A DNA stretch of 47,833 bases, filler included, from Jimgerdemannia flammicorona (lineage: Eukaryota): assembly GCA_003990765.1 (NCBI GenBank). It is 2 parts of 2 records of this genome, joined end to end, with 100 filler letters (N's around TTAATTAATTAA, not from the genome) between each part and the next. Parts side by side here need not be neighbours in the genome. Positions count along the whole stretch, not along the records: positions 23,973 to 47,833 come from RBNJ01001051.1; 1 more part is not named here. The stretch is one strand, 5' to 3'. Made by a program: the position numbers and the translations under genes. This document shows, piece by piece, positions 24,326 to 39,007 of this stretch. Below the pieces are notes generated by a model. It saw only the letters and a list, made by a program, of their open reading frames with translations. It was not told where the DNA came from and did not search any database. The stretch's first letter is position 1. The number at the start of each line of letters is the position of its first letter.

Positions 24326-27300
24326 CCCCCCCCTTGCAGTTCAGTGGCCCTTTTCAGCCACCAAGCTCATAGGCAGTGCAGCCTCTTAGGAAAGTCCACA
24401 AGGCCTAGACCTCCCTGAGTCACCAGTGCTGCAAGAGTATCCCAACTGATCTGGGATCTCCTCTCTGCCCAAATCTAATCTCTGGCCAGCTTTGTTAGTC
24501 TCTTTACCATCCAAGCTGGGATATCTAAGTGATAGGCCACATACCACAGCTTGGGGAACCAGTAGACATTCAAAATTGACACCTGACCTACTAGGGAGAT
24601 GTGGTGACCTTTCTAACCTCAAAGGGCCTCCCCCCACATGGTCACCTTCCTTTCCTACTATACACATGGCAAAACAGATCTATATATAGAAAGGAAGATG
24701 CCCAGATAATGTACCACCTCACCCATGAGGGCAATTATTCCAATGATATCCTCTCCCACTAGCCCATTCCCCAAAACTATTATCTCACACTTATGCCAGT
24801 TGAGTTTCACCCCAGAGTATACCTCATACTATTTCACCATATCTTTAAGTACCTCAATATCTGCTACTGATCCAAGTCCAACTACTATATCATCTGCAAA
24901 GGCCCCCACCTTCCACACCACACCATATATAGAGAGCCCCATCACCTTCTATAATATCCTATCCATAAAGGTTCCAATAAAAGAGCATAAAGGATAGAAG
25001 ACAGTGGGTCTCTCTGAGGAACTCCTCTCTCCAGGGGAAATGCCAAACCTCAGTGATCATTACACATCAGTGCAGCCCTACTGCCCTCCAACAGATTCAA
25101 TATAGCAGCTCAAAATTGTGAGGGAATACTGATTCTATCTAGCACCTTTCCTAGCCATACCTGCTGAACATAGTCATAGGCCTTCTCCTAGTCCAAAAAG
25201 ATCAGTCTTTCATCCAATCCACAAGCCTGTGTCCCTTCAATAATGCCATACACCCAGGTAGTCCCATCCCTGATATGTCTGCCTCCAATAAAGCCCTGCT
25301 GCTCCTCACTCAGCACCTGTTGGGCAACCTTCTGTAGCCTTGCAACAATCACCTTAGTCACCATCTTCCTGTCCATATCCAGAAGCATGATTGGCCTCCA
25401 GTTCTTCCAGTCCTCTCTCCTCTCCTTGTCTTTGTACAATAAGGCCACCAGCCCCAAGTTCTGCTCTCCAACCCACTTACTATTCAGAAGAACATGGTCA
25501 CAGAGGGCAGCCATCTCTCCTAACACTCCAGAGACCTTCGCCATCTTCTTCCAGAAGTCCCAAGGTAACCCATCCTCTCCTGATACTGTCCCAATCTTTG
25601 TTGTCACAAGGACTCTCTGGATCTCCTCCTCCTGGACTGGTATGATCAGGTCACCAAGTCCCTCTACTTGTAGTGATTCCCACTTCTCCAGCATATCACC
25701 AATTGTCTCTTCATCTGCACCCCCTTCCTCCTCACTCCACAAACCCCTCCATCTCTCCTTTAGTACTCCCAAGATCTGTTGCATGCCATACACCATTTCC
25801 CCCTCAGCATCAAAGACTCTATCCCATTGATGTCACACCCTCCTAGCTTGAAGGAGTCTAGACAAGTATCTAGTAGGCCACTCTCCCTCCTCAAGCCCCT
25901 GCTACTATAGTCTGGCAGCTATTCCTTTCATTTGAATCTCCTCCTTCTCTCTCAATATTCATTATAGCTCCACTACCTCTAATTTTGCCTACTCTAACCT
26001 CCAATCCTCCCCCTCTTTAGAAGAAAGCAAATCAGCTCATTCTATCTGCAATCTAATCAGTCTATTAGAGGTACACCTTACTTGCTTCCTTCTTTACCTC
26101 CCAGCCTCCCTACCAGCTCCTCCCCAATAAACCCTCATAGCCTCCTTCAACCTCATCCAACAGATACTCACAGAAGAACCCTCATGTATCTAGTTATTAA
26201 TCTTTACTTGAATATCCTCCACCCATAGGTCCCACAATGCCTTCTCAGCCAGCAGAGAGGAGTTAAGATACCAATGTCCAGGTCTATCTCCACTCTCCCC
26301 AAACTGCCTCTGCTCTAATAGCTCCCAGTGATTGGACCACAGGCACTATGCCACCTCCAAAGTCTCCCAAACATCAACACCCCAACATTTGGCTGTCAGA
26401 ATCCAGTCAATTCTCATGCCCAATCCATTCACCCAATGCATGTAGACCCTTGTATTACCCCACCATATTCTGCCCATATCTCCTAAGAAGCTAAGGTTCT
26501 CCACCTCCTCTCATGCATTCAGACCACTACTCCTTCTGCTGGCATACCTCTCTCCATCAGTTCTATCCACCTGTAGATCCTGCACCATATTAAAATCACC
26601 ACCCAGAATATCTACTCCTTCCTCTAAGAGAATACCCTCCTCCAGCAGATCTCTAATCCATGCAATCCTCTCACCCCTAACCACAGGGCAATAGCAGGAG
26701 CCAACCCTCACTGATTCCCACTCAGGCTGATACTATTCTCCCCAGACCAAATGGTCACCCCAGCTCCTAATGCTCTCTAAATCTCCTCTACCCTTCCTCA
26801 TCAGAATTGCCACTTTACCAATCCAAGCAGTAGCTCTACCCCATTCACTAGTCCACTCTATCTGATTCTCCTCACCCTCACACTATATATCCTATAGTAA
26901 AAAGAGATCAGCCTCCAATCCCTTAAGCCAAGTAAAAATGTTCTTATACTATCTGGATCTCTATAACCCATTCACATTCAGAGAGAAAATGTTAGTTATA
27001 CTGTTTATAAGAAATACTGTTGATTAATAATCACATCCTCTACAAATCCACATTCAACTCCTCTTGTGCCAAGTCCAAGTTATGTTCTGCAGCCAGTGCT
27101 CTCTCTTCAGCTGCCTGTACCTCCAACCCTATCAGAAGTTCAGCCAACTCCCCATCTTCTTTTTCCTTGAAGTCCATATGATATTCCAGGCATGCCTCCT
27201 ATCAGAGCTACAACCCATAATGCTCTGCCCAACAGTAAGCAGCTTGCTCACCAGCAACAACTGCCAGCTCAGCCTCCCTCACCTTATCAACCTCATAACC

Positions 27301-29060
27301 CTCCTTCTCTATGAAAATCACAAGTATCTCCACCTTCAGTACCTCCACTACCCCATCTCTATGCAGAATCCATGCCCAGTTCTCCTCAGGCATCACATAC
27401 AGGTCTACTTCCCCCAACTCCTCAGCCATGAAGTTATCCATCATCTTGCTCATCCACAATAGGTTCCCCACCTCCTTCCCTTCTGGTGTCTCTGGCCTTT
27501 CTATATCAAGCATTGTGGTATTAGCCCCTACACTGGCTGTCTCATCCCACCTCTCCTCTGGGACATCCACCAGCTCATCCTCACCAACTGCCATCATCTA
27601 TCCACCTTTTGTAATGTCAGGAACCCCAAAGTGTACCTGTTGAGCACCTTTCATCAATATATCCTCTGCCACCTAACTCATTGCAGTCAGACCCTGCCAG
27701 ACCAGAGGGGGAGTATCATCCAAGGTTGGTTTCCAGACTTCCAATGTACCATCAGTAAATGGGTCCATGCATGGCATCTTCCCAGCCCCCTCCAGGCCCT
27801 CCTCCACATCTCCTCCTCTCTGACAAGCCCAGATACTCACCTCTACACCCTCAGACTTCTCAGTGCTCCCAGCCTTCATCTTCACCCCTCCTTCCATGCT
27901 TGCCAGCAGCTCCCTCTGTCTCCTATGTCCTTGAGCCCTCTCCTACTGTCTCCTGTCTATGCAAATATGTTTTCCACCTATAATCTCTAGATGTATCAAC
28001 TCTACATACAACTTCTAGACTTTTGCTCTCCTCTCAACAGCACCACTCAACTCCTCCAGAGCCTCCAATAAGTCCTCCTCCTCCTCTTCACTCCCTTTCA
28101 TCCTTGACACCTTACAGACAAATACTCTCCATATTAACACTGAGGGCCAGTCACTCATCTTCTCAGTGGCCTCTCTCTCAGCCAGTTAAATCCTGACATC
28201 TACATCTCCCATCCTGAATGTAGTCCCCTCCCACATCTGGAAGCCAATATCCACCACATCACCATACTCTGCCATCACCTCCTCCACCCTTCTCTTAGTC
28301 TCATTCTTTATCACCATAGGCACCCCCTTCACCAGTAACTGTACCATCCTGGGGTCCCACCTCAAGCACCACACCATGAGAACCACCACCTCCCTAACTA
28401 CCACTCCAGTTTTCAGATTCTTGTCCAGTTGGCCCACCTCCTCAAAGCCCACCTCAATCTCCTCCAGGCCCTTCAGGAACTTCACCAAGACTGCCCCAGC
28501 CACCTGCTTTGAGATAAGCCCCAGGACTATTCTCACCATCATTGCCAAGCCTCAGAAGCATAAGGTAGCTGCAAACTCTGAAATTGACTTCTTGAGCAAT
28601 GGTGCTACTGCCAGCCCCATCACTCTATCTGCCAGGTCCTCTTTCTATATCAGGAACCCCTGCCCCACCTTGTCATCAGCCATCATATCTCTTTTTTTTT
28701 CCTGATTCTCTATTATTCCTATCAATAGTCACTCTCCCAGCCACAGCACCTCCAGCATCTATGCTCACCTCCCCCACCTGAGTACCACTCTCTCTCCTAA
28801 TGCTAGCCTTACTCTTTCCCTCAGCAGCACCAGCCCTAGTTCCAGCTGGCCATCCACTCACCTTCACCTTGTCTGCAAAGCTAGAGAGGCCAGGCCTTCC
28901 CTTAGTTCCACCTGGCACCGGTCCTTCTCCTGAGCCCTCTCCACCCTTCAACCCTCCAAAGCCCCCCATCCCCAGTCCATAACCTCTCCCCACCTGCTGC
29001 CAGCTGAATGCCCTGGGTCCACCCAACCCAGCATGCCCATTGGAACTCTTGCTCAATGAT
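24326..29060 (-). mobile_element. Degenerate L1/Tx1-like non-LTR retrotransposon (ORF1 + ORF2)
   Basis: ORF2 from about 27000: APE motifs FSLNVNGL, CYCP, ILGGDFN, RIDWIL; RT motifs WRPIMLLDMDRKMVTKVI, QQGFIGGRHI, IFLD*EKAYD, FADDI. ORF1-like coding remnant about 27030-29040. 5' boundary approximate. Confidence 0.9.
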
Positions 29061-29859
29061 ATTTTTATAGTACCTTTTCTCCAATTTGTATCAAAAACTA
29101 TTACTTGAAGTTGGTATAACATGAATTATATAGGAGAAAGGTGTATCACCTTCATTTTATCCTCTATATCAACCTCCCTCATGCTAACCTCCTCTGTGCT
29201 GACCTCCCTCGTACCAACCTCTCTACTGATCTCTCCACTAGTACCAATCTCTCCACTGATACCAACCTCTCTCATCTCTCCATCTTCTCTACTACTATCC
29301 CACTCTTTCTCAATATCAATCAAATATATAAGTCTATTATCCATCAGTCATGTATAAAGTATTTGTCATTCTTCACCAGTATTCATTCAAATATGGCCAG
29401 CAGTTTTTTGTGTTTGTCTATAATAACAATTCCATCTAGACAACCTCACTTATTCTATACTTTGGTATTTACCTTGAAGCTGATATAGTATGATGAGTAT
29501 TCTATAATTTTCACATAGTTTTCATTACTCTTATAACTTCTTACCTCAGTTGGTCATTATGTACTCTCTTAATATATTTATTGGCCACAGTAAAAGCATG
29601 CCTAATGTCTGATTTGTAAGATCTTTTCTCTATAAGGTTTGGGATATCAGGGAAATTGATTTAGCAATACTTCTAAGTAGTACTTAGGTAAACTTAATAG
29701 CAAAAATAACAATTGTAGCAAGATTTGCACTCTGGCCCAGGCTTAGAAGCTGGAGAATATATATATTTCAAATGTTATTAGGAAAAAAATTCAAACATTG
29801 ATTTTTTTTAAAAAAAAAAAAAAAAAAAAAAACTAACTTTTTTGAGCTGCATTATTGGA

Positions 29860-31121
29860 ATCTAGTGGAGGACCTTGTGCTTACAGACTGACAGTGAGCT
29901 GGCAGTCAGAAAGCTGGGGATCTGGAGTAGTGAGCTATATGGTAGTGAGCTAGCAGTCAAGCTAGAGATTAGAGAGCTAAGGGTCAGTGAGCTAAGAGTT
30001 AATGATTTTGACAATCTGAGTATTAGTAAGCTCAGCAGACTGGGTGTTAGCAAGCTGGACATCTTTAGGACACTGAGCTTTGGGATAGTGAGCTGAGATA
30101 TATCAAGCTTAGGGGGGGGCCTTATAAATACTTATTGGCTGAGCAGCTATTTAATATAGTGGTAAATTAAGTAAGATGAAGCAAAAGATGAGATGAAACA
30201 AAAGATGAGGTGAAGTGAAGAATGAGAGGTGAAAGTAAGCTTTTGATATATTAAATATTCAAAAGCTATAACATCTTTCAGTAGCTCTTTCAGAATCTCT
30301 TTGAAATCTCTTTCAGAAGCTCTTCTAGAATCTCTTCAAAATCTCCTTCAGAAGCTCTTTTAGAATCTCTTTGAAACTTCTTTCAAAATCTCTAATAAAT
30401 TGCATATTATTTACAATCTGAGAAATGAGGGTGAGAGAGGTGGAGGAATATGTGAGAGTTGTGCAAGAGGAGTGGAATGCAGTGAGGAAAGCTTTGGATT
30501 ATAAGTATAAGTATAAGTATAAGTATAAGTAAGATTTGCTCTGCTCAGCTCTGCTCAGCTGATAGCTGATATCATATAATATAAGCTTATATATATATGT
30601 TATATCTGCTTATCAGACTGAGCTTGTCTAGGCTTACAAGCACAAGGTTTGCAAAGCCTGGCTTATACAAATCTCACTCAAATATTGCTTGCAAATCTCA
30701 CTTTAATCTTACTTATAAATCTTGCTCAAATCTCACTATAAATCTTACTCAAATGCACCACAAACCTTACTCAAACATTATTTCAAACCTCACTCAATTA
30801 GAGCTTACTCAGAATATACTGAATTATGCAGAACACACAATCAAACTTTGGCCATCACATCTTATATGCTATCTCACTGCTCTTTATCTTGCTGCCTACC
30901 AGCTTGCTGACTCTTATTCTAGATCTCACAGTTTCTGATATCTCTCACTGCTCACTGCTCGCAACTCCATATCCCCAACTCTATACCCCAACTCTCCACT
31001 CCCAACTCTATGTCTCCAACTCTATGCCCCCAACTCTCTGTCCTCAATTCTATATCTCCAACTCTCTGCCCCCAACTCTCTCCTCCTTAGTTCACTATTC
31101 CCCCAGCTTATTTCCCACCTC
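29860..31121. repeat. Unclassified CpG-free low-complexity repeat cluster
   Basis: GTGAGCT-type repeats (29890-30100), AGAATCTCTT repeats (30280-30390), (TATAAG)n near 30500, CAACTCTAT repeats (30960-31080). Confidence 0.6.
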
Positions 31122-31860
31122 TAGTGCTTGGAATAAATTGAATCAAATCAAATTTGGATCAAATTCAATTTGATTTAAATAGTTCAAATCAAATTAAGAG
31201 CTAATTTGATTTAAACCAATTCAAATTAGAGTCTAATTCAATTTGAATCAAATTAAGTCACAATTTGAATTAAATCAAATTCAAAATTTGATTTGAATTC
31301 AAAACAAATTATGGTAATTCCAAATATATATAATATAACTCACAACATATACACACACTCTCTCTCTCAAAGTAATTATGTTAGATATACCTTTTACACC
31401 CTTTATAGAGAATACTATGATAATAGTCTCAGTCTCAGAAACAGCTTCAATAAGTCTAAATCTAATAAGTCTAGCTTCAACATATCTAATCTCATCTGAG
31501 AAAGGAAAAGGAAAAGTACAAAAATGATCTGATATTTGAAAGAAGTTCACAAAGGAGTATAAGAAAAATAGAGATATCTGAATCAAATATAACTACTATA
31601 AGATATTATATAAGGCTATTGGTGGCTCAATAACAAATTTGTAGGTACATTTTGACAAATTTCATAAGAGTTGTCAAATATGAGTGATAGAATCATTTTT
31701 TTCAAAAGTATGGTTTTTATATAACTTATCTGCTTTTTTTTCTTTTTTTATTATTAATTCATTGCTACTTGATAATTCTCTAAATAGCCAAGATTCTCTA
31801 TAAAGATATTTCAAGACAAACTTATTCACTAGATTATCTATAATAGCTAGTCTTTTATAG

Positions 31861-33091
31861 TATGACAGACCACAAAACATAGCAATCTTGAAACTCAATC
31901 AGGTGATGTGAATATTAGTCTAGCATAGCAATTAGCAACTATTGCTGCAGAGAATATATAAATAACCCAGATAGCTAAAGAAAGGAAAAACCCTGACAGT
32001 GGCTATCACTCTGACAGTGGCTGTCACCCTGATAGTAGCTGTCACCCAGACAGTGAATGTTACCCCATAAATAGCACTCTATAGTTAGTCAGATAGCAAC
32101 CAAGATAGCAACCACAATATATAAATTACCCCATAGACAAGAGAGAATAAACCTCAGTTCCAAAATATAAAGCAAAAGACAAATCTGCCTACTATACTTC
32201 AAGAGATATACCTGCCAAAAGCCACTTGATCCAGGAAGAATTGCAACACTTAGGAGAAATGCCTGCTCTATAGCTACTACTAGGAGATTGTGAGCTTTAC
32301 CTCTTTCCCACTCTGGTCCACTTTCTGATATAAAGAATGAGTCTATTTTTGGTTTGCTTGCTAGATAAGCCTGAAGATTTGCTGCCCAAGTTCAAGGAAG
32401 AACTTTGCCACCAGTGGAAACCACCAATTCAGAAGAATCTGTGCCATCATATTCCCAGAAGAGCCACTGATTCAGAAGAATCCATACCATCTAAGTAGTA
32501 TTCTCAGTTGAAGCCAAATCCATGTCAACTGCCATTTTCAAGTTATCCACATTCCTAGTTGAAGCCACTGATTCAGGAAGAATCTATGATATCCAAGTCA
32601 TCTGAGTTATCTATGCCATCCAAGTTATTCGTTGTTTCCAGTGAGCTCATGTAATTGAGTTATCTGCCAAATCGCATAAGAAGTCTGCCTACACTACATA
32701 GAGATCATCGCACCAAGATCGTCATGCTATATAGAGATCATCACATCAAGATCATCATGCTATACAGAGATCATCGCACCAAGACTGTCACCCAGAAATC
32801 ACATACTTTTGGAGATTGTCTCACTACACAAAATTGTGCCATTCCCAGTTGACCCAAGAAGGAAATCCATTCACACACAAATCGCTACTATACCCAGAGA
32901 ACTATCCTAATTAGGAAATAGACATACAAATTACTTACAGATATCTAACTTTGACTATTATACCACTAAATACCAAGGACCTTAAGAATCTTAGAACATT
33001 TTATTGCTTTTTGACAAAGTAACTGGGGGCTCAAGCCAAACTACATCAACTCCCAATCTTGTAATTTGCTCTATTGAGCTGGCACATTACA
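31861..33091 (+). repeat. Gypsy-2 5' LTR (1231 bp)
   Basis: TATGACAGACC (TG mutated to TA)...CACATTACA; one more 18-bp unit than the 3' LTR. Confidence 0.95.
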
Positions 33092-33093
33092 TT

Positions 33094-33111
33094 TGAGGGC
33101 TCAACCAGGAA
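33094..33111 (+). promoter_or_regulatory. Primer-binding site, tRNA-Pro-like
   Basis: TGAGGGCTCAACCAGGAA, a G>A-decayed version of the Gypsy-1 PBS. Confidence 0.75.
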
Positions 33112-33625
33112 ATATTTCAAATCAATATAACTTTTCAGCTCACAAGAACCCACAGCCAAACTGGATACATTTGATACAACACTAATCTCTGCCACTATAG
33201 AAGAACCAGTTATCACTAGCATCTGGACAGAAAGAGAAATAATCACCTCAAGACTTACCAATTACCCAGCATCAGAAGAATCCCAACTAGAACCAGAAGG
33301 CAGTATAGCCCGAAATCCCCAACCAGATCAACTGGACAGTACAGACAGCCCTGCTAGAAATTTTGAAGAACTTGCACAAGAACTAGAAGATCTTATCACA
33401 CGAACCTGAGATCTTACAGACAGACACCCCATATCAGTCTCACCAATTTCACCAATAGAACCCTTACCACAACTCCTTGCAGAATCAGAAGTAGCTCCTA
33501 CCAGAATACCTAGGCCTACTCTACTTCATCCAAGGTTTAGAACACTATCCTCAGGATACCCAAGCACCCCTACCTTCAGTGACAGCTCAGAAAGTGAACC
33601 AGAACTGGAAGAAAGTGACAATGAA

Positions 33626-36600
33626 ATGGCCACCTCATTGCCAACCTTTGCAGAAGACCCAGAAGAAGACTCCAGAGAATTCCTTGATGGAATTGAAGGA
33701 ATCACAGCTCTAAGGAACTTCTCAGATGAAAGAAAAATCACCATCTACAAGGCCCAGCTCAGAGAACCAGCCAGAGGGATTTTCTATCAAACAGCAGACA
33801 ATCCAGATTCAGAACTGGCAAGACAGATACAAGCTGCAATGTCCAAGGAGCAAGAATATGAGGTCATGGTCCACTGGCTCATTGAAAAGTATGCAGGAAA
33901 TGAAACCTGCCACAAGGCTCAAGAATCCATTATGAAGATGAAGATGAATCTTAGAGAATCACCCAGGGCCTTCTTCACAAGAATCCAGAAGAGAATGCAT
34001 ACAGCTGGATTCAATGCCACCAACCAAGACATCATAGGTCCAATGACCTTCATGAATGGAATTCTGCCAAACATTGCCCAGCATGTCCGCACCCTAGGCA
34101 TCAGAAGGTCTGAGAAGCAAGTAGATGTAGCCCAAGGATTCTTTGATATCAGATAAGGAACTATCTGGAGTGATCATGACAAGAAAGAAGACAAGGAAGA
34201 CATCCTGGTCAAGGCCCTACAAGGACTCCTTCAAGAATAAGAAAGGTTTGAAGAAAGAAGACCAGCCAAAGAAGAAAAGAAGGACAGAAGTGAAATCCAA
34301 GACCTCAGCTCCAAGTTGGACTAATTGGTTGGACAAATTGAAAAACTCACCACATGCAAAAATTGGAGTTACCAAGACAACAGAGGATACCCACCACAGA
34401 GAAGTCAAGATTATCCACTAAGAGATAGTAGGAATTACCAGCAAGAAGAAAGAAGATACCCTGTCCAAGACAGAGCTCAAGTCCAATGCTTCCATTATAG
34501 ATAATTCAGACACTATGCCACTGAATGTAATAACAAAAGAAGTGACCAAAGGGACTCAGAACCACTGAACTGAAGGAATGACACTCAGTACAAGAAGACT
34601 AAAGCCCATCCTGTTGAAGATTATGAGGAAGCAAGCAACAGTGAAGACTATAGTGATCTAGACTTATACCCTACCAAGGTTATTACCTGAAAAACAGTCT
34701 ACCCAGCAGAGAAGAGGAAGAGACCTATTTGAAGGCCATTTAGGAATATCAGCAGAAGAATCATTCAAGAAGAGGATGAAAAACATGAAGAAGAATAAGT
34801 AGAAACACCTCTCTGAACCCCCTCACCTTTTGTCTCTGAAACAAATGAGCTGCTACCAGAAGATGAGAACCTGTTGCCCCAAAGCCCAAGAAGAAGTACT
34901 CCCCAAAGACCATGCCTAGAGACATCTACAATGAAGCCTGGCAGAAGATTCAAGAGGCTAAGATGGAAGTCTCTCTCCTGCAGTTCCTGTAACTGACACC
35001 AGCTGGAGTCTGAAACAAATTGCTGAGAACAACCAGGTCTAGCACTGGCCAAGTCCCAATCCCACAGCAAGAACCAGCCTCCATCCCTGTCCAAGCAGCC
35101 AAGAGACATGTCAGCACCTACTTACATAGAGATATTGGAGGACAAAAAGTGAAAATTCTCATAGACACTGGAGCAGCTATCTGTGTCATTACCAAAAAAT
35201 TCCTGAATACCCTCCAATGGCCCATTGATGGACCATCCAACCTCAGCATCATAGTAGCAGATGGAGCCCAAACTCAACCCCTGGGAGAAGTACGAAATAT
35301 CACTATTTCCTTAAGACACATTCAGTTTTCTATTCCCAAAGCCATTGTCACCAAAGCTGTCACCTATGACATGATCCTTGGCACCAACTGGATGAAGGAA
35401 ATGAATGCAGTTGTTAATATCAGTCAACAAGTACTCAAGTTTGACTACTAAGGCAAAAAGTACAGAGTTAAGATGACCAGCTCTGAGTAATCAAAGAAGA
35501 AGAAGAAGGTTACTATCTAAGAGGAATATACCAGCAGTGAAGAGTCTACCATAGAAGAAGAAGAGGAGTCTGAAGATGGAAATGATCCCAGACTCAATCC
35601 CCAAATTAACCTGGTGGATGATAGACCAGAAGACAATGTATGGGCCAAGAACACTATCCCTATCACCATTAGAGCCATTGCAGGAGAAATCAAAGGATGT
35701 CCTACCTATCTCAAGAGACACAAGTGTCCTCCAAGATAATGGGAACAAGAAAATCACCTGGCACAGCCTGCCCAGAATGCAGAAGGAAGAAGAAGAAATA
35801 CAGACATGTTCCAGAAACACCTGCAACTGAAGCTGCAGAAGTATAAGCAATTTGGAGATAAGAATCATCTGAGGAAGAAGAAACTCCTGACCAAGAAGTT
35901 CCTGAAGGAGAAACACCCAAAGAAGAAGAGGTCCCTGAACTCATTCCCTGGGATGATCCTTGATGGACACCATCCAAAGATAATGACCCTTGGAATATGG
36001 AAGAAGAATCCAGCATAATCACCATTATTCCCAAGAAAGAAACTCACCAAGAGAGAGCTTTTCAGTTAGGAAGATGCCCACACCAAATGGTCTTCTACTC
36101 TCCCCGAGACTGCTGCTATCAGTGCCATCTACTAGACCAACAAGAAAGACAGAGACCCCAGAGACCAGAATCCCCAAACACACTTGCACAGTCAACTATC
36201 TTCCAAGAAATTACTACTAAGTTATAAAGCAGATTCAGGGGATAAGGCTTCTTTACTCAGACAGAAATATATCCCCTGTCTACTCTTCCATCCACCTATG
36301 ACCAAGATGGATACTGATTCCCAAGACAATAAGAGATCAATGACCAAAAACATCATTTTCAAGCTATGGGATATTGCAACCATAGAAGACACCCTGACTG
36401 CTGAGACTGCAGGCATCAGAAGATCCATCTCAGTCATGATGTTGCAGTTCATACCTTGAAGAGAAGAGATAACTGAAGCCAGATCTGAAAAAGCCAGATC
36501 TGAAAGAACTAGACCAAAAAGTCAGGAAGAAGAACCCTTAAGATCTATGATTTAGGAGAAGACATCCTAGCTCTCATCAGGCATGCAACCCACCAGAGAT

Positions 36601-37580
36601 GGGCAGAGGATGCCACCAGTTTTATAGAAGCCCTTGACCCTATAGGAAGAAGGGGAATCAATTATCTCTGAGACCCCTCTACTGGAGCCAGATGGCCACA
36701 CCTCAACCTTAGAGCTTAGAGGCTCTCTGCTAGTGGAGCTTCAGCCTTAGGAAGGCCTGAACTCAGTAAGGATATTGCCCAGTATGCCCTACTACACCCC
36801 AAGGCCAAATCTCTGACCAAAGCCCACCCAGAAGATGTAGGATATGATCTTCACAGTCTGGAGGATAAATCTATCAAGCCTGGAAAAACCTTCATGATCA
36901 GAACTGGATTGGCTATACAGCCACCCCAAGGATCTTATATCCAACTGACCTCAAGGTCTGGACTTGCCAGACAAGGAATAACTGTAGAAGGAGGAACCAT
37001 TGATCCAGGATATACAGGCGAAATCAAGGTTATCCTACACAACAGCAGTACAGAATGGCACCGAATCATTAGAGGACAGAAGATTGCCCAAGCAGTTTTC
37101 ATGAAGGTCAGAATCCCATAATTACAAGAAGTGTCCAAACTGACTGAAGGAACAAGACAAGCCAAAGGATTCAGAAGTTCAGACCAGAAGGAGATACATC
37201 TCCTTCAAGTCAACCACCTCAAGAGGAATGCTCCCTAGCAAGTGTACTGCCAACCAGTCAGACTACACAAGAACCTTATCCTGGAGCCTGGAGAACAAAC
37301 CACCTTCGAAATCTTTGCACCACCTGACCCCAGAAACCTTTTCTTTGAACTCAAAGAAGATATCTCATACCTGGATATAGAGGGACACACATTCTCTGAC
37401 AAGATGAACCCAGTACACTCCCAGGGAATCAACCAAAGTTGGGAGACCATCATCTTGCCAAAAGGAACCATTATAGGACACCTGGTACCTTTTCTCAACT
37501 GAACTCATAGGGAAGTTTATGAACTAAACCTATTGGGAAATGACAAAAGGTCTCAGAAGAAAGGAAAGACCTCTCTGTGA
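33626..37580 (+). pseudogene. gag: Gypsy-2 Gag-protease-dUTPase polyprotein (disrupted)
   Basis: MATSLPTFAEDPEEDSREFL capsid start; decayed knuckle about 34487-34528; ILIDTGAAIC (35164-35172), YDMILGTNW. Confidence 0.88.
36780..37182 (+). pseudogene. dut: dUTPase domain of Gypsy-2
   Basis: DVGYDL, LTSRSGLA, GGTIDPGYTGEIKV, KIAQAV, RQAKGFRSS. Confidence 0.92.
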
Positions 37581-39007
37581 CCCAGGAGACAGTGAAGCCT
37601 TCTACCAATATTGGAGAAGAATTGACATCCCAACAATAGCAACAATTAGTGGAACTTCTCAACAAATATCAAGATATCTTCACTACTGATTATGGCAACC
37701 TGCCATACAATCCATCATATCATTATAGCATAAATACAGGAAATGCAACACCCTTTCAGCAGAAACCCTATAGAATACTCCATTATTTGAAAACATTTGA
37801 GAAGGAACACATTTAAGAACTCCTGGAGAATGGAGTCATCAGACCCTCTACCAACCCCTGGGCCAGCCCTATACTTATTGTACCAAAGAAAGGAGGATGG
37901 AGACTCTGTGTAGATTACAGAAAACTCAACTCAGTCACTGAAAAGGATGCCTATCCTTTACCCAGAATTGATGACCTTTTGGACCAGTTACAAGATGCCA
38001 GATACTTCAGCAGTATGGACCTCTTCACAAGATTTTATGAAATCCCCATGGACCTCAAAGATATTCAAAAGACAGCTTTCCTTACTCTAGGAAAACTGTT
38101 TGAATACATCTAAATGCCCTTTGGACTTTGCAATGCACCCCCCACCTTCCAGAGAATGATAAATTCAGTCTATGTCCCCTTGATCCATTACTGTCTGATT
38201 GTATACATGGATGATTCCAACATCTATTCAGCAAATTTCGAAGAACACCTATACTACCTAGAGGAATTCTTCAAACTCACCCACAAGAACCACTTGAGAC
38301 TGAATGCAAAGAAATGCTACTTTGGGAAACAGAAACTCAAATTCCTTGGATTCATAGTTTCAAAAGAAGGAACTCATGCAGACCCAAAGAAAACCAAAAA
38401 AATCAACAATTGGCCAACACACAAGACCCTGAAGGAAACATTATCATTCCTGATACTAGTATCCTACTACAGAAGGTTCATCAAGGATTTTGCCCAAATT
38501 GCTGCTCTAATCCAAATCCTTCTCAAGAAAGGAGTGCCATTCAAGTGGAGAGAATCACAAGAAACAGTCTTCAAAGAACTCAAGAACTGCATGACTATAG
38601 CACCAATTCTTATGCACTCCAATCTATAGAAGCCATTCATCTTATATACCAATACTTCTAAAGATGGCCTTGGAGCAGTTCTAGCCCAAAAAGGACCTGA
38701 TCAACAATACCATATAATAGCTTATACAAGCAGAGCTACCAATCAACAGCAGATGAACTATGGTAGCACTAAACTGGAATGTTTTGCAGTCATATAGGCA
38801 GTCACTCTGTTCAAGCATTACCTTATCAGAAAAAGGTTTACTCTGATCACAGACCATGCAGCCCTCAAATAGTTATTCAACCACAAGGAACCCACCAGAA
38901 TCCTAGCCTGCTGAATTCTCATCCTTCAAGATTACAAGATCACCATCATCCACAAAGCAGGGAAAGCCCACAACAATGTTGATGTACTTTTCTGTCAATC
39001 CCAATAA
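37542..39007 (+). pseudogene. pol: Gypsy-2 reverse transcriptase + RNase H
   Basis: WRLCVDYRKLN, YPLPRIDD, MPFGLCNAPPTFQ, YMDD (38204-38215); -1 frame relative to dUTPase. Confidence 0.94.
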
